Of a stretch of 64,000 nt of DNA, positions 33,780 to 47,408 are shown in pieces. The DNA comes from Acanthaster planci (taxonomy: Eukaryota), in contig NW_019091359.1 of the NCBI RefSeq assembly GCF_001949145.1, positions 2,306,540 to 2,370,539 on the forward strand. Reading direction: 5' to 3'. Under the pieces are notes generated by a model. That model made no database searches and was not told where the DNA came from. It saw nothing but the letters and a program-made list of their open reading frames with translations. Within the stretch, counting starts at the first letter, position 1; the number at the start of each line of letters is the position of its first letter. The position numbers were made by a program, and so were the translations under genes.

Positions 33780-36700
33780 TTCATGAACTTATCTAAACAA
33801 GCATGACAAGTTGTTGGTGATGTCCTCTTTCATATTACTAATAAAAGAGAACAGGGCTTGTGGTTTTTTTGAAGGAAGATTTTGGGTAAAACTGCAGCAT
33901 ACATGTACATGACCGCTGACAACAATAAATAAGTGAATGTAATCTGGTTCCTTGACTTGTATGGAGATTTGTTTTGATGAATCCAAAATGCCTGAGTCGG
34001 GTAACCAGATGAAAAACAAAATGGCGTGATTCAACTCAGTGGTTGTCTTTTGCCAAACTTGGGTTAAAAATTTGACGTTTTGTCACTTAAATATCAAAAT
34101 TTACCTCAACTAGGACTATCGGAATTGACTAATGATTCCTTAATTAAGGTCAAAATGTTTGTTTGACAAAGTGGACTTCGTTTCCTTATACGAACAGGGT
34201 GCTAATGGTAATGAAAACCACTTCTTCGAGGATATCAATGGGTATGATCATTGAGGAAGTTGCTTCCTTAACAGTAAGGTGCTAAATGTACTCCGTAGAC
34301 TTTACTGCACTCCTCCTTCTTGATGGTTCCGCATGCTATGGAATTTGAAAGCTGCCCAGTTGGAGTACCAGATGAAACCTCCATTTGCGCTTTCTGAAGC
34401 GAACTTACCCCTAAATACCCTATGATAATAGCTAACCTATATGGAACTACCCGGCATGATTGTATTTTGTAGCATTTAACCTATATTCTCGGCAAAAAAT
34501 GAGGTTTTTTTCTACAATCCTTACCTCTCATTCTCCCACGATCTGCACACATCTGCGTTCTCTGTCGCCGTACGTCACATGACAAAAACAGGCGCAACGT
34601 ATTTGCGTAATGAACATACATGTTGCATTGGATAATAGATACCAGTCCCATAATTCCGACTCCTCCCACTACGATTATGCATAGAGACGTCTGGGAAATC
34701 TGTGGTCAGGGAACAACACTAATCACATGTCGGCTCAACCATTTTACAAGTGGGAGGAGGGGTCGACGATGTCAGGACGTGTGATACATGCTGTGTTGTC
34801 AAGCTAGCTGGTTACACATTTAAAATGTTTGAGAAGTATGTATTTCAGGGAGTGAAAATATTTTGTACAGATATGGTTGTGAAGTTGTGAGACAAAGTTT
34901 ATTTATTGCAAAATGGTCGAGCCGATAAGTGATTAGTGTGGTTCCCTGACCACAGTTTCATCTGGTTCTCCAACTGGGCAGCTTTCAAAAATGCCATATA
35001 GCATGGGAATCATCCAAAAGGTGGAGTGCAGTAAGGTCTATGGAGTAGTACCTTACTATTCAGGAAGTAGGAGGAAGATACACAATCTTCAGTGATGATC
35101 ATAATCGTGGAAGTGTTTTGTTATAATTTTAGTTTTAACCTGTTAACATGTTTAAGTTTGCAATATAGGCCGGGGCGGACATTCAACAATGTCCAAGGCA
35201 TTTGCAAAATTGCGGGTAGCAACCACACCGCGCCAATGAAAACAACTGTGACGTACGCGCGCATACATACTGATCAAAGAAAACTTTGAGTAGCAATGGT
35301 AGCCTGATCCTCTGACTGGCTGGTTCGCGCACGTTGCCGTGGTCGCAGTTGTTTTCACTGGCGCGGTGTGGTTGCTACCCACCATTTTGTAAAAGACCTG
35401 GATGCCCGCCCCAGACTATAGAGCTGAAGAGCATACTCCAACGAAGGAAAGAGTTCCATGTACGGACGCCAATATTTTTTGCCTACAGTGACCCATTAGT
35501 CGCCAGAAAGCAAAAATATGTCCAGAAAAGTTCAATTTAGGAGGGAAAATACTAAGTTATTTACTTAGAAAACACTTTTTTCAGGCCAATCTCATAGGGT
35601 TTGTGCACAGGGTGTCAAGCGGCATCCGTATATATACATGTATGGAATTTTTTCCCCTAGGAAAATTATGGTTTGCCCATATTGGACATTTTGTCACGTC
35701 AGCAAGGCCAATATTACAAAATATGTGCTAAATTAACATGAGTTCAATGGAGCAAACATTCATGAAGCAAATAATTCAGCTGAACCAGACAAAAGGGGCA
35801 TTTTCTGGGCAACGCAGGATATGCCAATCTTATCATACAGAGGCATAATAAGCTATTAAGGAAACACCTTTGCAAAGCAAAAATTGCCAGCTTGTATAAA
35901 ATGAATCTCTGTATCCTACACGTATTACTAGGACCAAGGAGTGTGCAACCAACCCCATAGTTCCAGGAGTACCCTGCACGTACATGTACATGTACGCTTA
36001 TATGTGTGCACACGCACTACCCCCAGAACTGTGGGGTCCAACGTGGCAGGGCGGACGTCGGACCCCACAATTCTGGGGGTACACACACACTGTACCGGGT
36101 AGATGTTTGTGGAGAACATAGGCACTGCTGTTACCTGTGAGCGTTTAATGCTTACAAAAGGACCACAGGTGTAGTGGGTTTGTACATAATAAAATGGTCA
36201 ATTTGCATAAACTGCACATGGTGTTTTCCCTTGCACTGAAACTGAAAGTGCGCATTACCATACAGAAAACAGGCAGGACAAAAAATACATTGGTCACAGT
36301 TGTGGAAAATTGTGGCAAGAAATGGTTGAATTTTGTGTTTTACATTGTGTTAATTGCAATACTAAATGTTTTATTTTCCTTGTGTGAATTCAGGTTTTTT
36401 TCATTTGTACAGTGATGGCTTGCGCTCTGTGCCCAGTTTAAATAGCTCATCACCAGGCATGTTATCATCATTACCATCATCATTAGCTATCACACATTGA
36501 ATATTCATGAGTGGAGTACATTACAGTAGTTAGAATAATTTCATAAGATGACAATGGAATGGATGTTTTTATCTGTTGTTTAATTGATTTTGTTTCCATT
36601 GCATGAATTTATTTATGTACATGCACACAAAGCCTGAATATAACCTATGTGGTTGGCAAGTCCAGAATTTGTGTGTGATGTTACATGTGAATTCTGTTTA

Positions 36701-39700
36701 CCATAATGATTGTGCCGATTAATGCAATTATTTGAATAATCGACATTCAATCAATTATCAAAACTTGAATATTTGTGTTCAGAATTTGGGATGTGAAAAT
36801 CAAAGAAATAAAGGGAAAGCTTGAATTATTTTGTTACACCTTGGCATTCTAAGGGGATATTCTAAGGTGTTACAAATAAACTGAAAGGCAGCTGAATGCG
36901 CAAGCCAAACAAAAAGGCCTGAAATTATTTTTCTCTGAGTTTTTCTGTCTTTTACTTTTTCTAAATATTTTAGTTTCTGTGTATGTGGGAATTCGGTACA
37001 AGTAAGTGATCAAATGGCAAGTTGAATATTTAAATTAAATTCCATCTGACCCAGCCTTATTGGGACTTCTGCTCTGTATGAATTAGAAAATTTGTTGCAT
37101 TGCTGGTCAGGGTGAGCTGTGTGTTGACACAGTAATTCAATAATAATTGATCGAAGACCCACTAGAAAATTTGAAGCATTGCATAATGGCCCTCTTTTGT
37201 CAAGAAAGGGTTTTCCTACCGTAGTAGAATTCTGTGCCAGGATATTCAATTAATATCCAGCTCTCACAAAGCTTGCATTCAAGGCTCGTACAAACATATT
37301 GCTGCTATCGGTCATCAAACGCTCCATCCATCCTTCTGCAAATTCTGCTTCGCCAATCAGCTTTACTGTTAGTATGTGTAGTCGGAACATGTTGAATGTC
37401 TTTTATTGTCAGACTGAGGGACATGTGCAACCTTGAATGCTTTAAAAGTTTCCTTTGTCCATCTTCATTCGTTCCTTACAGTGCTCTTAAATTGTATGAT
37501 GTCATGTTGAAGAACATGAATCCTTGGGACTGGCGCAGAACGAGGCCTGCTTTTGGTACACAGTGCTCCTTCCGTCATTTCAGTGTTGCTCATCATGTAC
37601 AAACTACATGCTTCCCTAGTGCATGCTTTCATCATTTTGTGCTGCAAACTGACCATGTGCTGTGTGAATGTATTGCCAAACTTCAGGTGTAACGATACCA
37701 CTTCTCCATAACACTCAAACCACAGTATATGCACCAAAGTACAATGTAGTGCACATTGTCTGACAAGCAATTCAACCCCAAAATTTACTTACTCTATTTT
37801 CTCAAAATTCTTGCATATAATCAAAAAGTTATCAACAAAAAATGAAAGAGAAAGTAATATGTGATACTTTTACCTTTTATTTGCTCTTTCATTTCTGAAA
37901 TATTTTTTGAGAATTACGGATAATACTGAAGTCTGTAATAGAGTGACCAGTGGTCACTTATGTGTGGAATTGGCTCAGAAATGTTGTCCAGTCCATCGCA
38001 AGTAACCAGACTAGAGCTGTTCAATTGAACTGTGACAAAAGTATTCCTTTGTTCTCCCTGTTTTTTGTGGGTCACCAAGAGATTTCCTAAGCAAGGAGTA
38101 AGGAAGCCCTATAAAGGCATCATCCAAATACGGTTTCCCTTCAGAGCCCAATTTCACTAAGCTGTTATTGAGCAGGGAATACTGCTTCACACGTTGACTG
38201 CTGTGCATAAGTTTATAGGGAGTTCCCATTTGCCAAGCATTGTACATGCTTACGTGCATACCTATTCAGGTATCTGTTTGAACAAGAGAATTCTGCAGAT
38301 ACTGTACGTTGTGTTCTTCGATGGTGCCAGTGTATTCAATTTACATTACAGAAGCCTTTCATTTCCTACGAGTATTCTCAAAGTGGCAGAATCTGGTACA
38401 CCTGTTACACACTACGAGTGTTAAAATGGCTGGAAACCAGTCTCAAAAACTACAGATTGCATAACAGTTTGCCTGGTGTCCAGTTTTTCCTTAGAAAGTA
38501 CATTTGCTAATTTGGTACTGTTAAGCTTTGTGAAATCAGAGACAGTGGTTGAGCACTGATTCTTACATGTACATGTAGTACAGTGGTGAGAAGACATTAA
38601 CCAAATGTCAAGTTGATACTCAGTTGTTCAGAAAAAAGGGCTGTGTTTTAGAGTTGTTTCCATTTTGTATGCATCTATTAACCTGTCTTCTCTTAAATTC
38701 AGGGGTGAGATTTCTCAGCTTTTTAGCTGATTTCAGCTTTTTTGGTTTTGGATTTCAGCTTTTCCTCACTGGCTGTGTACAAAAGTACACATGTATAAGA
38801 GATTTTCACAGTTTAGCTACTTCATGCCTTTTTTTCAGCTGTTTTCAGCTATTTTTATCATTGGTCAATCTTACCCCTGTAAAACAAAGTAAAAAAAGTA
38901 AGCCTCTTACATGTAAATTACAACTTTGGTGTGCACATGTGTACATGTGTACATTTACTGTTGTACTTAAAGTTACAGCGTAGAACTGTAACATACATGT
39001 ACATGTACTTAGTACTACATGTACAAGTACATTATGGCTAATATCCCGTACATTGAACCCGATCTGCACACTTGTACATGTATCGTTACACCCTTTCCTC
39101 ATATGCGAATGTTCCTTTATTACCATTCATTTGACATGGCTTGGAGCTTGTAGCTGAATTGCTTAGTATATTATAACATCACTAATCTTCACTCTGATAC
39201 AGTTGATTGTATTTTAGTGGTTTTTGTGGTTTTTTTTTTTCAATGACTTTTGGAGACTTAGCAGGAGAACTGCCAGTCCATCACACTCATGAACAGGTTC
39301 AAGATAAAACAGCCAAACCAGGTGAATTATTGTACAATGTTTGCACCATTGTCAAGCCATGTTTCATATCAAAAACCCTAAATTACATGTAGAAAGCTAG
39401 AAAGCTTTTGCTGAGTTCACTTGAACTTTTGAAAGTGGTGAGAGTGCGTCTTTTATCATTTTAGAATCTTCACTTTCTTCACCAGGAAATCGTTCTCAAT
39501 GAAAACCTTTTAAATGTTCATTTTCATGCTGTGACCATAGTATCATCAAGTTGGCTTCCTGCATTGAAGTTGGAAGGAACAGGATTAGACAGTCACCTCG
39601 TGTGCCATGTAGCAATTGTGTACATTTTTCTTCATCCTTTCCGTTTTTCCTCTACAAATTATTCTATATCCAAACACATTACTTGACTTCCACCCTTACA

Positions 39701-42700
39701 AGTAATCAAAACTTATTTAACCATTTTTTGTTGCAACAAACCCTGTTTGAAAACAATGTTGTGAAAATGTGCATATGTGCATGATATTTAATTGCTGAAT
39801 ATCGATGTCATCCTTTTAAATTAAACATTTCTAAAATAAGTGTAAACATTCATGAAAGACACTTTTCATAGGCTGATACTGTAGCCACAGCTTTGATAGG
39901 ACTTCAGTAAAGTGCACTATTGTTTCAGCTGACACAAATCTCCCAGATGTTTTTGGTATACAGACATGTATTCATGGTGTGTATTCTGCACCCAGCAATG
40001 AATGAATGCTGACAATATTTAGCGATGACTAATTAAACACCATCTGTGTAGTCTGTTGGAATCATTTCAAATGCTCATGTACATGTAGGCCTTTGACTCT
40101 TACAATGGTTCTTGTCATTGGCGAAGACTGAAGAAGTGGGTTTCCAGTGAGCAAGAGCTTGGTTTCATGTCAAGCAGCGTCAGATTCCGTCTGTAATGCC
40201 GCATGCCTCTCAGCTTTTCAGTGTCAACGGTATGGTAGTGCATGTTGCATTGCTTGGGTAGTGCTGCCTGTTGATTTGTGGAATCTATTCTGCAGTGCCA
40301 CATATTGTGTTCTACTCATTATTGCAAGGGCCACTGCTGGACCTCTGCAGCTGTGAAAGCAGGAGAGAGATTGAGGACGCATGAGTTAAACTGCCTGACT
40401 GCTGCAGTTGGGTCCATCACAAGTCCCTGTGCATGTATGTACATGTATGTTGCTAATAACTCATTCGGTCTTCAGCCAAAGTCACAAGCTTTTCAAATGG
40501 ACTGTGAAAAGAGCATTCCCGTAGAATATTTCACCTTGTTACTTATGATTGGTCTTGTGAATGGATTTGTGAAGGGACTTGTGATGCCCCAGCTACAACA
40601 CTGGCCCTCAGATGCGCTCCCCTGAAAAGATGTTCCATGTTTGTGCACATTCAGATGAAAACTGGTTCTGTGCACTGTGTGCTGTGCAGTACCCTTACCT
40701 CCACAAGGCGATACCTATTTGCCACTTACCATCTTGTTCTCACGATGAGATCATGCCGTGCTAGTACATGTATGTACATGTATCATGTATTGGGCAAATG
40801 CTGAGCCCACAGCGCCCTCCCTCTGTTGGTCCTGCTTGTTGATGCATGCATGCAAGTTGCTTTGCATATTTGGAGGTCTGTCCTCCTCCTGGGGTACATG
40901 TACCCAGGCTGTAAAAACTATGTACAGCATTAGATGCACAACCAGCGTTTGAGCTGAATGCTGTACTGTGTGTAGTAATTGATGGGGGGGGAGCCAAAAA
41001 ATGGGGAAAACGGTGCTGATCTATGTAAAAGCTGAAAAACCTCCCTTTTGCATCAGGTTACTTCACACAGAAGTGCATGTGCAATTGTACATGTTTAAAT
41101 GTTAAGCACATGGAGCACATGGGTGAACTTGTTTTGAGAGGAAAGATCACTGCCTGCAGGTATGGACAGGAAGCTTTCCCATGACAGTTTTGACTCATGG
41201 ATCCAGTCTGGCTGCCGTGGTTTTTTCCAATGTCAGAGAGTACAGAGCACACATACATGTACATGTACCATGCCTCAGAGTACACCATAGTGCTATATTT
41301 AACTTGAAAGTGCATGAAACATCTGCAGTTTGTGGGTTTTTTTTGTGTTTTGTTTGTTTTTCTCTGTTCACCGCAGTATACATGTTTCTTTGTTCTGCAC
41401 TAACTTTAGATACCTAGTGTGGACTTGTGAACAAAAGATGTCCACACAATGCAGGAAGGGAAGATGTGCTATGGACTTACCCATATCCCTGGGACCTTTC
41501 CCCTTCTCTGATATAAAAATTTAGAGATGTATTTTGGGGTGAGGGCCGTCTGTTGTACCACTGTCATGAGTTACATGTAGTCAGTTTTGTGAGCCTCAAC
41601 CATTATCCAGGACTGTATCTGTAACCGTTACTATGTATATGAACTTGTATGCTAAATTTGCAGAATTGTTCAATCAAACCGAGAGAATTTAGCCGAGGCA
41701 AAGTTTACTCAGTCCTGTCAATATATTTCATCTATTCACTGGCCGCCCCTACATATTTAGCACTAAAGTTGCCCTTGGGTACAGTAAATCAAGCATGCAT
41801 TTAAAATTTGGCCGTGTATTTACATCTTTGTCTTGATTTGAAAAGCAAGTTTTTCAGATTTTTTGCATTTGCATTTAGGGGTCCAAAATTACATGTACCT
41901 GCAGTGTGTTGAAAAGGTGCACACAGCCACTTTGAACTCTGGCAAAAGTTATAGTGTACATGTACATGTATCTTTTCTGCTAATTTTAGTCTTTCCATTA
42001 ACCCTAACAGCCCTAAACACTACATAGTACTAGTAAAATATGGCATACAGTGCTGTCTCTTGTCGGAGGACATGACCTTATTGTTCTCTGAAGCCATAAA
42101 ATACAATAGATAAGACAATGTACCATTTCAGTGCTTTGGTGCAGTATGAATGCATGACTTTATTGTTCTCTGTACGAGTAACAATGGAACTAACCTAGCT
42201 AGAAGTAGTAATTTGTAGTGCTAGGTCCTTCAGGCTCAGACTACTACTTAGTATTTTGTAGTGCCGACTACTGCAAGCCAAATTTCATGCAGAACTGTTA
42301 GGGTTAAAACTGTTTATTGCCATGGAGTCTAGTACAGATATGGCTTTACATTTTCGGTCGCATTACTCCACAGGTGCAGCCACCCAGGTGAACCTCAAGT
42401 ATGTCAGCTTGGTGTTGCTGGTCCTACAGAATGCAGCCCTTATCCTCACCATGCGCTACACGCGCAACCAGCCTGGCGACATGTACTTCTCCACGTCAGC
42501 TGTCTGCGTGACAGAGGTCCTCAAGATGACCACCTGTGTCTTCATTCTCCTCTACCAGCACAAAGGCAACGCAGTGGAGTTGAGCAAGATCTTGTGGAGC
42601 ACCATTGTGCTTCAGCCCCTCGACACCCTCAAGGTGTCCGTCCCCGCTTTCATCTACACGATGCAGAACAACTTGATGTTCATAGGAGTTTCCAACCTAA

Positions 42701-43883
42701 GCGCAGCTACTTTTCAGGTATCTGAACTGATTGAGTTCTGTAGTCTACGTATTGTTGTGATCAGAACCTTAAATACACGTAAGCGTATTAAACATGTAAT
42801 GCTGTTTTTACAAACATGCAAACCAGGCAGGTTCATTACATGCATGACAGCGTATGTAATGAAGCCAGATTTAGGGTAAACCAATGTTTTGTCTGCCTGA
42901 ATTGCAGACAAACACAATGGGCTGTGATGGATCAGCTGACTTTTCTTGGAATGCACACACGTACATTTGTATGAGGGATATTTGTGTGCTCTCAAAGAAT
43001 CACGATGTTGATTATTTTGAATTTGCACGTAGCGATACTTGTACTGTGTAAAGTCCGTTGTTGGTCAGTCTGGAGTTCTTTTTATCTACATAACTTGTGC
43101 AAGTTCTTAATTGCTTGTGAAAGTTATTTGGATCAAAATCAGGTATTCAGGCTCTGTATCATTCAAGTTAATACAGAAATGATGTACATGTACCTTTGAT
43201 TGGTCTCTAAACAGGTGAGCTACCAGCTGAAGATTCTCACCACAGCTCTATTTAGTGTCGTCATGTTGCGTAAAAGCCTGTCAGCAATCCAGTGGGTGGC
43301 CCTTGTCCTTCTCTTTGCCGGCGTAGCCATAGTCCAGGTTCAGCCAACAGATCCCTCAAAGAGAGCCGCCGAGGTCACCCACACCCAGCAGAACCCCTTG
43401 CACGGCCTACTGGCTGTCGTCGTCGCCTGCTGCTTCTCGGGTTTCGCCGGCGTCTACTTCGAGAAGATCCTGAAGGGTTCCAAGACCTCCCTCTGGATCC
43501 GCAACATCCAACTGGGGCTCTTCGGAGCCATTATCGGGCTGGTGGGGATGATCCTTAAGGACGGAGCGGCAATCATGGAGAAGGGCATGTTCTTCGGCTA
43601 CACCAACTACGTGTGGTCGGTCATCTTCCTGCAGGCCTTTGGTGGCCTGACAGTGGCAGTGGTGGTCAAGTATGCCGATAACATCCTCAAGGGCTTTGCC
43701 ACTTCGGTCAGTATCATAGTCTCCACGGTGGCAGCGGTTTATTTGTTCCATTTTCAGGTCAACGTTCAGTTCTGCATTGGTGCCGGCTTGGTCATCGGGG
43801 CCATCTTCTTCTATGGTCGGCCCAAACCACCAGAGAAAGCACCAACTCAAGAACAGCCTCCAAACGATGCATTGGGCAAGTGA
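33305..43883 (+). CDS. SLC35A2: UDP-galactose translocator (SLC35A nucleotide-sugar transporter), ~371 aa
   Basis: Exons 33305-33407 (duplicate at 32336-32438; the start may be the second ATG at 33311), 42374-42717 and 43215-43883, in phase. Motifs [85 protein letters not shown] and the N-terminal extension favour A2 over A3. Confidence 0.9.
34260..35070. mobile_element. Composite inverted-repeat element: outer arms ~34260-34380 / ~34955-35070, inner arms ~34700-34750 / ~34905-34954
   Basis: gaaagctgcccagttggagtaccagatgaaac vs gtttcatctggttctccaactgggcagctttc; ctgtggtcagggaacaacactaatcac vs gtgattagtgtggttccctgaccacag. Confidence 0.7.
35164..35420. mobile_element. MITE-like long inverted repeat
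   Basis: gggtagcaaccacaccgcgccaatgaaaacaactg vs cagttgttttcactggcgcggtgtggttgctaccc; ends tatag...ctata. Confidence 0.7.
38700..38879. mobile_element. Short TIR element (CAGGGGTGAGATT...AATCTTACCCCTG) with internal tttcagct repeats; relative at ~51361-51534
   Basis: Terminal inverted repeats, plus the shared internal motif tttttagc(t/c)gatttcagctttt in both copies. Confidence 0.55.
41998..42307. mobile_element. piggyBac-type MITE (TTAA-CCCTAACAG ... CTGTTAGGG-TTAA)
   Basis: TTAA at both ends and CCC...GGG TIRs. Confidence 0.6.
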
Positions 43884-44188
43884 AAAGTTACTCTGCCCAA
43901 CACATTTGAACGAATTTGAATTTTTTTGTAAACATTAGATATAGTAGAATACCAAACTAACTGAAGAGAATGGTGCAATGGTCACCTCTTGAAGAGCAGG
44001 TTTCCCCCTTACCTCCTCATAATTGAGAGGGGAAGGAAGGGTGGGGTCTGCCCCTTTCTCCCCTCCCCCCCCCCATTTTGACTGTCCCATGCTCAGTCTT
44101 TTTCAAACTTGGCATGCATGTAAAGACATTCATCGCAAGTAAAGTTTCCTGTGAAGGCTCAATTCAGTCACGCACAGAGTTTTGTTTG

Positions 44189-44339
44189 TTAACCCTCCTA
44201 TGCTGAAGTCACTCTTTGGGTCACTTGGTAAACACCTCAAAGAAGCACAGCTGTGTTGTGTTGTGCACTGCACCAACATGCAAGAGAGTGACCTTGGGCA
44301 CTCGTGCATATTTGTGCTGTAAAACCAAAGGAGGGTTAA
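44189..44339. mobile_element. piggyBac-type MITE (TTAA-CCCTCC ... GGAGGG-TTAA)
   Basis: TTAA flanks, CCCTCC TIR and internal inverted gtcactct/agagtgac. Confidence 0.55.
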
Positions 44340-45277
44340 TGTCGTTGATATCGGTCGTTCAGGGCCTCCTGCATATCAGCCTTTCGCATTGAGCATGTCT
44401 GAGAGGAAAGTTGTTGGCGGACCCGTCACAAAAAATGGGCACTCTACAGAACAAAGTAACTCCTGACATGCCTGAAGGTGCAGATTTTGAAGAAAACGTT
44501 GAAGGGGGGGCCAGATTTTTCACCCCCGGCTCATGAGGGGTTAAAAAGCATTAGGTTACCAGTCAGACAGTCAGCGATTTGCTTTCGGTGCAATGTAAAG
44601 ACAACTTTATGACAAAAAACCTATCTACTGTCCCTACTCTTCCCCCGCCCCCCCCCCAGCTGCCCCACTCAAGACATCGGGATTGTCACTTTTGAAAACG
44701 GCAAATTGCCACCCCTAGGGAAACCTATCCATATATTATGCTACTGGTAACAATGTCAAAAGCGACCACAAAACCTCATCTTAAGGCTTGAAAATTGTGA
44801 CCAAACTACATCCTTGGGGGAGGACAATTCACAGGTGCATAAATTGTCTATAAATGTACCTTGGAACAACACACGTAATAGTTTGAGGGCACAAGCGCAC
44901 AGGTGCAAGCAAATACAAAACTGCTTGTGGAAAGTCTATTGTTAAGATTTAGGGCATGGTACCGATAGTTAATGACAGCCCCTGGCTCTAAATGTGTAGG
45001 AGAAGGGGTTAGGACCCAGACTGTTGTGAATGAACTAGTTCGGGATTCCAACAGCGCATGCCCAAAATGAAGCCCCTCTAAGGTCTGCCCTTTCACTGGG
45101 GCCCCACGTGGACTCAAGCATGTTATTTGTTTCCAAATGACCTTGCTTTTATGAAATACCAAACTGGCTCATTGGGAGCCAGATAGAAAAATCTATCCAG
45201 TGTGCTCTGTCTTGCAGAGCACATTGGATGGATTAAGAGCCTGTATGTTCATGTATGTGTATTTTCACTCTTTGGCA

Positions 45278-45540
45278 TATGTGACCCACTCTGTGAAAGT
45301 GAGTCTTAAGTTGCCAGAGCCACTTTTTGAATTTTCATTTGTATTGGAAAGAGCAAATTGAGTTTTTTGTTTTGATGCATCACTCAGTTTGGCATCCTGA
45401 TGAAAGTGGATACTCCATGGTGACAAATGCTTTGGGTTCCTATTGATTTACACTGTGCAAAATTATTCTAAAACACTTTTTACTCCAAAGTACAGGTAGC
45501 TCTGTTGACTTAAGACTTATTTTCGCAGAGTGGGTCATAT
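45278..45540. mobile_element. MITE with TIR tgtgacccactctgtgaaagtgagtcttaagt; similar-ended element at ~58548-58980
   Basis: The right end reads acttaagacttattttcgcagagtgggtcatat. The 58.5 kb element has tatgtgacctgt...acaggtcacata ends. Confidence 0.65.
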
Positions 45541-46860
45541 ATGCCTGTACATTGGCCAGAGTTGAAGCTGTTAAGTAGAAAATGTAATATTGTATCCTTT
45601 TTGTTCTACTAACAGTGACCCCATGTTAATCCAGATTTCTGTTTTGTTTGGGGGAGAGAAGACTCTTAGCTTGCCTCTAACTTAACTCCTTGTGGAGTGC
45701 TCAAGTTGCAAGTTATTACCTACTTGTATATGTCTTGTAGATAGAATGTCGTCAAGAAATCGATGTCGTCGACACTTGTAACAGAAGGCTTTAAAAAGTG
45801 AATTGTGAATACTTCAATGCATGTGCATGCACAATGAAGCATAAACGAAATTGTACTTTAAAGATAAACATTTTGCTTAAGTAATTCATAAATACCTCAG
45901 ACAGTTTCCCTATTCAACAATGCTAAACGTTTCCATGTATTAATATTTGATAATGCCCGCTGCATAAAAAATGCTCTGGCATCTGGATATGAGAAAGTTT
46001 AATCTATCCCCAATTGGTCAAGAGTCTGCTGGTAACGCAGCACGCAGAATGCCCCATGTGCGCGCTAAGTTCACATACATGTATGGAGATTCCTCTGGAC
46101 AACATGTACGAGGAATATACATGTACCATAAACTGGACGGGGATTAAATAATGACCACTTTGGTTGACGCATGTCTCAGAAACATGGGTCAAAATTAGTT
46201 AAAATAATAAGCAGACATCAGGTTAATTTAAAATGACTAAGACATCGAATTAAATCAAGATTACGGCAAATTAGGAGAAAAGTTAAAGGGTCTGAGTGAT
46301 GGATATTATTTCTCACAAACATTTTGTGCAAAGTGTGTATATGTGGTCCTATATGGCGCCTATATGGTTTTATTGGTTTTGTGTGAAAAGTTGGAAAGGC
46401 TGTTGTGCTGTGTAAAGAAGAATACCACATGTAGATTTCACTGGTTCCATATGGTCATTTCATTCGTATGTATTTTGGAAGTGGGGCATACCAGGGAATG
46501 TACATCAGTTCTTTGTTGGACAAGTTGGATCTTGAATTGCGGTTAAGATAATAATATTGTTGTTCAACTACATAATCGTCAGCCATATGATGGTCAGATG
46601 TCTTTACAATATCAAATGAGGCTCGGGGGCTTGAGGGTCATCAATAACATGTTTTTGGAATAACCAGTAAGTACAGAGGCAACCTTTAACCCTAAAAGAA
46701 CCTGGGACAGAATTCCCATTTGACATTTACTCTTGTATTATCACAGTACATTCTTTTCACATGCTGTTCGGTAACATCTTTCCTTCTTTTTGACACTCAT
46801 GGTGTGAAAATCCTACATACCGTTGTTGTGCAATGCCAATTTTTGGAGATAGATAGTGGC

Positions 46861-47408
46861 CTATCCCGTCATCACATGCGACGATGTAGCTCGGTGTCTA
46901 GCTAAACTACGATTCTCGCAAGCAGTGATGTATGAGGTTGTGGAAGTAGAGCGGCCTAAATGGGTGGCGGAGCGCCACCGTACCCAGTCCTGTGCCAGTG
47001 TCTCCCATGAGTTGGCTGGGGTTTGAAATGCCTGCAAGTCACGCTTAAGGACATCCTGGTAGCACAGTCTTGGACAGTCACGGGGGCGAGAAGGGTAAGC
47101 CAGCTCCCCATAGAAAATATCTTTAGGCAGGCGACCATCATCTTGTCTGGAGACATGTCCAAACCAGCAGAGACGGCGAGCCAACAACAGTGTGAATATA
47201 TCGCTAGTGCCCGTGAGCTCCAAGATGGCAAGGTTGGAGACCCTGTCCTGCCAAGAAATTCCAAGTATTGAGCGTAGGCATCGGAAATGGAAGGCATTCA
47301 GGGGGGGCTCCTGGCGGCGATAGGTTGGCCATGTTTCGCTGCAGTAGAGCAGTGTACTCAGCACACCTGACTCGTAGATACAGATCTTAAGCTTGATAGA
47401 GAGTGACC
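46861..47408 (-). mobile_element. 5'-truncated non-LTR retrotransposon fragment (RTE-like LINE ORF2 C-terminus)
   Basis: Translation LSIKLKICIY..GVLSTLLYCSETW..Y...LNAFHFRCLRSILGISWQDRVSN...RRLCWFGHVSR.DDGRLPK.IFYGEL...RP..CPRL.Y.DVLKRDL is characteristic of the post-RT region of RTE-clade LINEs. Confidence 0.88.

Noticed and set aside
38900..39080. Dense TACATGTA/TGTACA palindromic motifs
   Set aside because: Low-complexity motif scattered through the whole window with no locus-specific structure.
43292..43850. Alternative-frame and antisense ORFs over SLC35A2 exon 3
   Set aside because: Shadow ORFs of a GC-rich coding exon.
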